A DNA stretch of 42,202 nucleotides from positions 1 to 42,202 of the forward strand of contig JBKJLC010000271.1 in assembly GCA_046597055.1 (NCBI GenBank). The letters run 5' to 3'. The DNA comes from Kofleriaceae bacterium (GTDB lineage: Bacteria; Myxococcota_A; Polyangia; Haliangiales; Haliangiaceae). Of the stretch, positions 36,646-42,202 are shown piece by piece. The position numbers and the translations under genes are program-made. The first letter of the stretch is position 1. The number at the start of each line of letters is the position of its first letter. The notes beneath the pieces are model-generated. The model was not told where the DNA came from, ran no database searches, and saw only the letters and a program-made list of their open reading frames with translations.

Positions 36646-38003
36646 GCGACAACGAGAAGCTTCGAATCGACCGACAGGAGCTGTTCGACCCGGGGGTCGA
36701 CCAGGCCCTCGCGCGCGAACGCGCTGGTCGCGAACGCGTCGTCGCGGATGCGCCGCCGGTCTCGGCCCTGCGCCGGCTGCTGCTCAACAGCCTGTTTCAC
36801 ATGCCGCTGGCGGCGGTGCTCGGCGCGCTGGTCTGCTGGCTGCTGCTCGAGCCCAAGATCACCGACATGCCGGTGGTCGGCGGCGAGGTGATCCTGGTCA
36901 ACGCCGAGCCGTTCGACGCGGACGACGGCATCCTCGCCATCACGATCGGCGACCACGCCGTCTACGTCGACCCCGAGCGGGTGGTCCTCGAGCCCGGCGC
37001 CAACGGCGAGCCCGCGCTCGCCAGCGTCGACGACATCCAGGTCGGCGACCGGATCGAGGCGACCGGGCTCGCCGCCGGTAGCAACCTGGCCGCCGCCGCG
37101 CTCCGCCCGACCAGCCGGACCGACTCCTACGGGGAGCTGGCCGAGCCGCAGTGGCCGATGTTCGTGCTGTTCCCGCTGACGGCGGCGCTGATCGCGTTCG
37201 GCCTGCTGTTCGCCGAGGGCCTCACGACCCGCAACTGGATCCGGATGATCGAGCGGTCGCTGCTCGGCAGCTTCCTGGCGGCGCTGTTCGCGTGCCTCGC
37301 GTTCGTGCCCGCTGGCCTGTTCATGACGATCTCCGACCGCGTGTTCGCGTCGGAGGCGGCGCGGCATCCGGAGCTGCTCGTCGTGACGGTCGATGACGTC
37401 GGCGGCTTCACCTTCCTCGTGGTCGTCGTGTGTCGCAGCGCGGCGTGGGCATGCATCGGCGCGGCGACCGGGCTCGGCATGAACCTGGTCCGGTCGACGC
37501 GGGCCCAGCTCCGGAACTCGACGATCGGCGGCGCGCTCGGCGGCGCGATCGGCGGCATGTTCTTCGATCCGATCGCGCGCTTCCTGCAGACGACGATGTT
37601 CGCCGATGCCGCGGTGTCACGGGCGGTCGGCCTGGTCGCGGTCGGGCTGTCGGTCGGCATCTTCGTGGCCCTGGTCGAGCGGCTGGCGCGGGACGCCTGG
37701 CTGCGCGTGCGGACCGGCCCGCTCGCCGGCAAGTCGTTCATCCTCTACAAGACGCCCTCGGTCATCGGCAACGCGCCGTCGTCCGACGTCTATCTGTACA
37801 AGGACGCGGAGATCGATCCGGCCCACGCGTCGATCCACCGGGTCGGCACGATGTACGAGATCGAAGACCTGGGCAGTCGCATGGGCACCCAGGTCGCCGG
37901 CACCAAGGTCCGGCGCCGGCGGCTGACCTCCGGCGATCAGATTGTCATTGGCAGCACGATCCTCGATTTCGAGGAACGGCAACAACGCACGCAGCTCGCG
38001 TGA
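36642..38003 (+). CDS. Polytopic membrane protein with C-terminal FHA-fold domain
   Basis: GGAGG at 36631 and ATGA overlap; about 6 hydrophobic segments; C-terminal WLRVRTGPLAGKSFIL..IG...DV.L....I...HASI....IEDLGS..GT.V.......L.SGD.I.IG is the FHA pattern. Confidence 0.85.
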   Translation: MSDNEKLRIDRQELFDPGVDQALARERAGRERVVADAPPVSALRRLLLNSLFHMPLAAVLGALVCWLLLEPKITDMPVVGGEVILVNAEPFDADDGILAITIGDHAVYVDPERVVLEPGANGEPALASVDDIQVGDRIEATGLAAGSNLAAAALRPTSRTDSYGELAEPQWPMFVLFPLTAALIAFGLLFAEGLTTRNWIRMIERSLLGSFLAALFACLAFVPAGLFMTISDRVFASEAARHPELLVVTVDDVGGFTFLVVVVCRSAAWACIGAATGLGMNLVRSTRAQLRNSTIGGALGGAIGGMFFDPIARFLQTTMFADAAVSRAVGLVAVGLSVGIFVALVERLARDAWLRVRTGPLAGKSFILYKTPSVIGNAPSSDVYLYKDAEIDPAHASIHRVGTMYEIEDLGSRMGTQVAGTKVRRRRLTSGDQIVIGSTILDFEERQQRTQLA

Positions 38004-38004
38004 G

Positions 38005-38604
38005 ATGGAACGAACGACGATGGAAGCTGTGCGAATTCTCAAGGTCAATCTCAAGCTCGCCGGCAAGCCGTGCAAGTGGTGCCAGGTCCCGCTCGAGCTC
38101 GCCGAGGAAGCGGCGGTCTGCACCGCCTGCGAGGGCGAGCATCACCGCCGCTGCTGGGAGCCCAGCGGCGGCTGTGCCACCGTCGAGTGCGTGAACGCGC
38201 CGCTGCGGCGGCTCGACGCGCCCGGCCACCGGGCGATGCCGCTGCCGGCCGCGGCCGTGCTCGCCCCTGGCACCATGCACTGTCCGCGCTGCCGCGACAT
38301 CATCATGATGGGCAGTCCGCTGTGCCCCAGCTGCAACGCGGTGACGAGCCCCGACGGCCTCTACCATGGCCCGAAGACGAACGCGCCCGGCGCGGTGTCG
38401 TCGCTCGTCTACGGCATCATCGGCGTCTTCATCTGCGGCATCATCGCGGGTCCGATCGCGATCTCGAAGTCGAGTCAGGCGAAGCGCGAGATCGCCAGCA
38501 ACCCGACCTACGGCGGCGGCGGGCTCGCCAGCGCCGGCATGGTGCTGGGCATCGTCGACCTCGTGCTGTGGGCCGTCTTCCTGATCGCCAAGATCGGCGG
38601 ATAG
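38005..38604 (+). CDS. RING-like (C4HC3, Prok-RING type) + Zn ribbon + DUF4190-like 2-TM protein; candidate E3
   Basis: CKWC-x12-CTAC-x4-H-x2-CW-x5-C-x4-C; CPRC...CPSC; AVSSLVYGIIG...AKREI...GGGLASAGMVLG. Start is ATG 38005 or 38020. Confidence 0.8.
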   Translation: MERTTMEAVRILKVNLKLAGKPCKWCQVPLELAEEAAVCTACEGEHHRRCWEPSGGCATVECVNAPLRRLDAPGHRAMPLPAAAVLAPGTMHCPRCRDIIMMGSPLCPSCNAVTSPDGLYHGPKTNAPGAVSSLVYGIIGVFICGIIAGPIAISKSSQAKREIASNPTYGGGGLASAGMVLGIVDLVLWAVFLIAKIGG

Positions 38605-38608
38605 GCCG

Positions 38609-39025
38609 ATGGTCGGGGCGGGCCCGCGCGGCCGGATGCTCGATCTCGGCTGGGCGGCCCTGGTGGCCGCCCAGCTGGGCGCGGCGGCCGTGCTGGACCG
38701 CCGCGGCGACCAGCTCGCGTGGCCGGGCGGGTCACCGCTCGGCGGGGCCTGCCTGTCGCGCGCGCTGTTCGACGTCAGCTGTCCGTTCTGCGGCATGACC
38801 CGCAGCTTCGTCGCGCTGGCCGACGGCGAGCTGGGCGCCGCGGTCGGCTTCCACCCGGCGGGGCCGATCCTGTTCGCCGCGATGGTGGCGTTCCTGGTGG
38901 CGGTGGTCGTGGTCTGGGCACGGCGGGCGCCGCCGCTGTTCGCGCGCCGCCGGTTCCTGGTCGGGTTCGAGGCGGTCGTGCTCGTATGCATGGCGGTCGG
39001 TGTCTTCAAGATGGTGAGGAGCTAG
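38609..39025 (+). CDS. DUF2752-like membrane protein
   Basis: C-x9-CPFCGMTRS..AL..G....A..FHP signature flanked by three hydrophobic segments. Confidence 0.8.
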   Translation: MVGAGPRGRMLDLGWAALVAAQLGAAAVLDRRGDQLAWPGGSPLGGACLSRALFDVSCPFCGMTRSFVALADGELGAAVGFHPAGPILFAAMVAFLVAVVVVWARRAPPLFARRRFLVGFEAVVLVCMAVGVFKMVRS

Positions 39026-39027
39026 CG

Positions 39028-39567
39028 ATGACCCGTTGCGCGATCTGCTACACGGTCCTGAGCCAGGAGGAGCCGCGCACGGCGTGCCCCGAATGCCGGA
39101 CCGACTATCACAAGACCTGCTGGGACGAGATCGGCGGCTGCGGCACCTACGGGTGCCAGCGCGCCGCGGTCGCCCAGAAGCCGCCGGTGCCGGTGCTGGT
39201 CGGTGCCGGCTGGGGTGACACCAAGGAGTGTCCGGCGTGCACCTGCGAGATCAGCTCGAGCCTGCTCGTGTGCGCGTGCGGCGCCCGGTTCCCGTGGGCC
39301 GATGCGATGACGCGCGCGGAGTATCAGCGCTGGGGCGCGAGCCAGCAGGCGATCAAGACCTCACGCACGACCTTGATCTGCCTGTTCCTGCTGTCGCTGG
39401 TCGGGTTCACCGCACCGCTCGCGGGGCCGCTCGCGGGCGTCTACGCGTTCCGCAAGCGTGACCAGCTGGCCGGCACCGGCGGGACCTACCTGGCGATGGG
39501 CTATGGCAGCGCCGCGATCGGCGGCCTCTACGCGCTCCTGTTCGCGATCATCGCGCTGGGACACTGA
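39028..39567 (+). CDS. RING-like (C4HC3) + Zn ribbon + 2-TM protein; second candidate E3
   Basis: GAGGAG upstream of ATG 39028; CAIC-x12-CPEC-x4-H-x2-CW-x5-C-x4-C; CPAC...CAC; two C-terminal TM helices. Confidence 0.82.
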   Translation: MTRCAICYTVLSQEEPRTACPECRTDYHKTCWDEIGGCGTYGCQRAAVAQKPPVPVLVGAGWGDTKECPACTCEISSSLLVCACGARFPWADAMTRAEYQRWGASQQAIKTSRTTLICLFLLSLVGFTAPLAGPLAGVYAFRKRDQLAGTGGTYLAMGYGSAAIGGLYALLFAIIALGH

Positions 39568-39569
39568 CG

Positions 39570-40892
39570 ATGAGCGGGCCCGGCCACGTTGCACCGCCGG
39601 GTCCGCGCAAGCGGCGCTGGTTCCGTCGGGGGCCAGCGACCATCGCGACCCAGATGACGACGATCTGTCCGTGCTGCCAGGTGGCAGGACTGACCCGCCT
39701 CGCCCCCGGCCAGCCGTGCGGCGCGTGTCGGTCGCAGCAAGCCTGGACCGAGCTGGGCGCCGCGGGCCTCGTCGTCGATCACGACGCGATCGAGCAGGCC
39801 GTGCAGGCCCGGCGCGGTGAGGCAGCGGGCGCACCGGCGTGGCGGCGGCTCCTGGCGTGGGCACCGCCCGCGCTGACCCTGGGCGTCGCCGCGGTGGCAG
39901 CCTGGGCGACCGTCGCGCTGCTGTCGGCACGCCCGATCGGGCCGCTCGACGGGTTGATCGCGGACCTGCGCGGCGCGAGCCGGTGCGCCGCCCTGGTCGG
40001 GCTGCTCGCCCTGGTCGCCGGCGTGATCGCCACGGTCCGGCTGCGGCGGCAGCGGCATTTTCGCCGCCTGCCGTTCGTGATCGCGCACGCGGTGGCGGTC
40101 GTGATCGGAACCTCGGCGATGGCGATCGGCGGGCTGCACTGGCTCGCGCTGCGCAGCGCCGTCTCGGCCGCGTACACCTCGATGCCGGCGCGTACGTCGC
40201 TGGGCGTGGCGTCGCAGCTGGAGCGCATCATGGACGCGACCGTGGTGGTGCTGGCGCCCGACCGCGACGGCGATGGCCGCAACCCGGCCATGGGCACCGG
40301 CGCGATCGTCGCCGCCGACGACCACCGCGCCTGGATCGTCACGTGCAGCCATGTCGCGATGCCGTACGCCGCGGTCGGCGGGTATCGTCATGCGCGCGCG
40401 GCGCACCCGGTGTGGGTGCAGCTCAGCGACGGCCGCGGCGGTCGAGCCCGGGTGCGCTGGGCCGCGCCGCCGCCACTCGACCTGGTCGTGGTCGAGCTGC
40501 CGATCGAGCACCCACCGGCGCCGGTGGCGATCAGCCTCGACGCCGGGCTGCCGGTGTCGGCGGGCGTCACCTTCGTGCCGAATCCGTATCGCGACGGCTG
40601 GAAGGTGATCCACGGCGAGCTGCTGCGCCGCGTGCCTCACCGCACCCCGGCCGGCACCTACGACCTGCTGTACACGGATCTCCCCGTGATCCCCGGCGAC
40701 AGTGGCAGCGGGTTGTTCGACGCCCGCGGCCAGCTGATCGGGCTCAACACCTGGACCCGGCTCCGCCCCGGGGGTGCGTCCGAAGGCATCAGCCTGCCGT
40801 CCGAGACCATGCGCGCGGTGGTCGACGCGATCCAGCGCGGCACCCTCGACCAGCTCGATGACGCGCTTTCTTCACCGACGACGAGAGAGTGA
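39570..40892 (+). CDS. Membrane-anchored trypsin-like serine protease with N-terminal Zn ribbon
   Basis: CPCC...CGAC, three TM-like segments, GTGAIV, TCSHV (His), DLVVV (Asp), PGDSGSGLF (Ser), LIGLNT. No PDZ domain. The start may be ~28 codons downstream. Confidence 0.88.
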   Translation: MSGPGHVAPPGPRKRRWFRRGPATIATQMTTICPCCQVAGLTRLAPGQPCGACRSQQAWTELGAAGLVVDHDAIEQAVQARRGEAAGAPAWRRLLAWAPPALTLGVAAVAAWATVALLSARPIGPLDGLIADLRGASRCAALVGLLALVAGVIATVRLRRQRHFRRLPFVIAHAVAVVIGTSAMAIGGLHWLALRSAVSAAYTSMPARTSLGVASQLERIMDATVVVLAPDRDGDGRNPAMGTGAIVAADDHRAWIVTCSHVAMPYAAVGGYRHARAAHPVWVQLSDGRGGRARVRWAAPPPLDLVVVELPIEHPPAPVAISLDAGLPVSAGVTFVPNPYRDGWKVIHGELLRRVPHRTPAGTYDLLYTDLPVIPGDSGSGLFDARGQLIGLNTWTRLRPGGASEGISLPSETMRAVVDAIQRGTLDQLDDALSSPTTRE

Positions 40893-40895
40893 CCC

Positions 40896-41600
40896 ATGGA
40901 CAACGTACGGCTTCGCCGCTTGAAGGCCGACCACGAGGCGCTGCGCCGGCTCGCGCACCTCCATCCCAAGATCGAGATCGAAGGGGTGTTCGGCAACCCG
41001 CCCGAGCGCTACCGGCTGGTGCTCAAGGTCAAGTCCCTGCGCGAGCGCGGCGAGACCATCGAGACCGTCGACGAGCATCGCCTCGAGGTCACGATGCCGC
41101 GCGGCTATCCCCGGGACGCCCCGCTGTTCCGGATGCTCACGCCGGTGTTCCATCCGAACATCGCGCCGCACGCGGTCTGCATCGGCGATGACTGGACCGC
41201 GGGCGAGCCGCTCGATCTGCTGATCCAGCGGGTCGGCGAGATCCTCGCCTACCAGAGCTACAACACGAAGAGCCCGCTCAACGGCCGCGCCGCCCAGTGG
41301 GTCGACCAGCACCGCGATCAGGTCCCGATCGATCGCGAGGAGTTCTTCGTCGACCTGGCCGGGGCCGAGGCCCGCTCCGCCGACCCGGTCGACCCGGTTG
41401 GCTCGAGCGAGGCCGCGGTGGCGTGCGCGAACTGCGGTGCCGCGGTCGCCGGCAGCCCCGACATGACGGTGTGCCCCGCGTCGCACCCGCTGTGTGGAGA
41501 CTGCGCGGTCACGTGCAGCAGCTGCTCGACGGTGCTGTGCCTGGTCTGCGGCAGCTATCCGTGCGCGACCTGCGGTCCATCGGCCTCGGCGACCGGCTGA
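40896..41600 (+). CDS. E2 ubiquitin-conjugating (UBC-fold) enzyme fused to a C-terminal Cys/His cluster
   Basis: RLRRLKADHE helix 1, MPRGYPRDAP, TPVFHPNI, catalytic Cys95 (AVCIGDDW), SPLNGRAA. The C-terminal 50 aa contain 11 Cys and 1 His. Confidence 0.92.
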   Translation: MDNVRLRRLKADHEALRRLAHLHPKIEIEGVFGNPPERYRLVLKVKSLRERGETIETVDEHRLEVTMPRGYPRDAPLFRMLTPVFHPNIAPHAVCIGDDWTAGEPLDLLIQRVGEILAYQSYNTKSPLNGRAAQWVDQHRDQVPIDREEFFVDLAGAEARSADPVDPVGSSEAAVACANCGAAVAGSPDMTVCPASHPLCGDCAVTCSSCSTVLCLVCGSYPCATCGPSASATG

Positions 41601-41664
41601 CGAGCGCGCCGCGGCCACGGCCGTCGGTGGTGACGGTCGCGCCGACGCACATCGGCCGGCAGAC

Positions 41665-42177
41665 GGCAGACCTCGCGCTTGATCGTCTCGCCATGCGATC
41701 GAATGGACACATCCTCCCGGTGGCCGTGAGCCGGCGCCGCAGGCGCCGTGTCGAAGGGCCGACCGGTCACGCGCAGCCGCACGCGCAGCCGGACGCGCCG
41801 TCGGCGCGGCCAAGGTCCCGTCGCTGGCTCGATCCGGGGTCCCCGGGTGCATCGCTGGGCGGTGCCGTTGCCTCGACTCGCCGACGCCCTCACCACCCGG
41901 CCGTGGAACTTACGAGCGCTCTGGGACCTCGCCCCCGCCTCGGCTCGTCCTCCGTGCGGGTCACGAACACCGGGCACGTGCCCGGCGCCCCCTCGAGACT
42001 GATCACTTCCCTCCATGTGATCGAGCGCGCTCCCCGTGCCCGGTGGCCCGGAGCTGGTGCCGCAGGCGCCGTGTCGAAGGGCAGACCTCGGGATTGATCA
42101 CAAGTCTTCATGTGATCGGAAGCGCTCACCTTTCCCGGTGGCCCTGAGCCGGCGCCGCAGGCGCCGTGTCGAAGGGC
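41665..42177. repeat. Three copies of a ~95-bp palindromic REP/MITE-like repeat
   Basis: A 44-bp core CCCGGTGGCCnnGAGCyGGyGCCGCAGGCGCCGTGTCGAAGGGC occurs at 41716-41759, 42039-42082 and 42134-42177. Each is preceded by a GATCRY...GYGATC inverted repeat. Confidence 0.85.
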
Positions 42178-42202
42178 AGAGCGCCAAAGTGCCGCACGTG
42201 AT

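Noticed and set aside
33631..38003. Type VII (YukD/EsaB + FHA) or type VI secretion locus
   Set aside because: No FtsK/EssC ATPase, WXG100 protein or T6SS core genes; the Ubl has a di-Gly and is coupled to an E1.
33896..41600. CBASS (Cap2/Cap3) or Pycsar system
   Set aside because: No CD-NTase or cyclase gene was recognised; E1 and E2 are separate genes and a dedicated Ubl is present.
41716..42177. CRISPR array
   Set aside because: Spacing is irregular (279 and 51 bp between cores), the 'spacers' resemble each other and contain a conserved hairpin, and no cas genes were seen.

Overview
Very GC-rich bacterial DNA. The gene content and style (many lipoproteins, TSP3 and Ig-repeat surface proteins, sigma-54-like promoters) suggest a myxobacterium-like organism, which is an inference. 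From left to right the window holds: a KaiC / REC-REC-EAL / histidine-kinase signalling cluster with a decayed receiver gene; a methyltransferase; a serine hydrolase lipoprotein; a carboxylic-acid-reductase-like A-T-R enzyme; a MacAB-TolC-type export operon with three adaptor proteins; several surface lipoproteins; an adenosine deaminase-like gene; a GcvT-family oxidoreductase; two further broken genes; and a long-form RluA. The standout is a tightly coupled 9-gene operon at 33631-41600 that looks like a complete, largely membrane-tethered, eukaryote-style ubiquitination system. It encodes a Ubl ending GG-DLPR (hidden in the ORF track), an E1, a membrane-anchored JAB/MPN+ peptidase, a polytopic membrane protein with a degenerate FHA domain, two membrane proteins with identically spaced C4HC3 RING-like fingers, a DUF2752-like protein, a membrane-anchored trypsin-like protease, and an E2 fused to a RING-like Cys/His cluster. 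A family of ~95-bp palindromic repeats follows it. All family calls come from motif recognition by eye; no searches were run. No rRNA, tRNA, CRISPR array or transposase was recognised.
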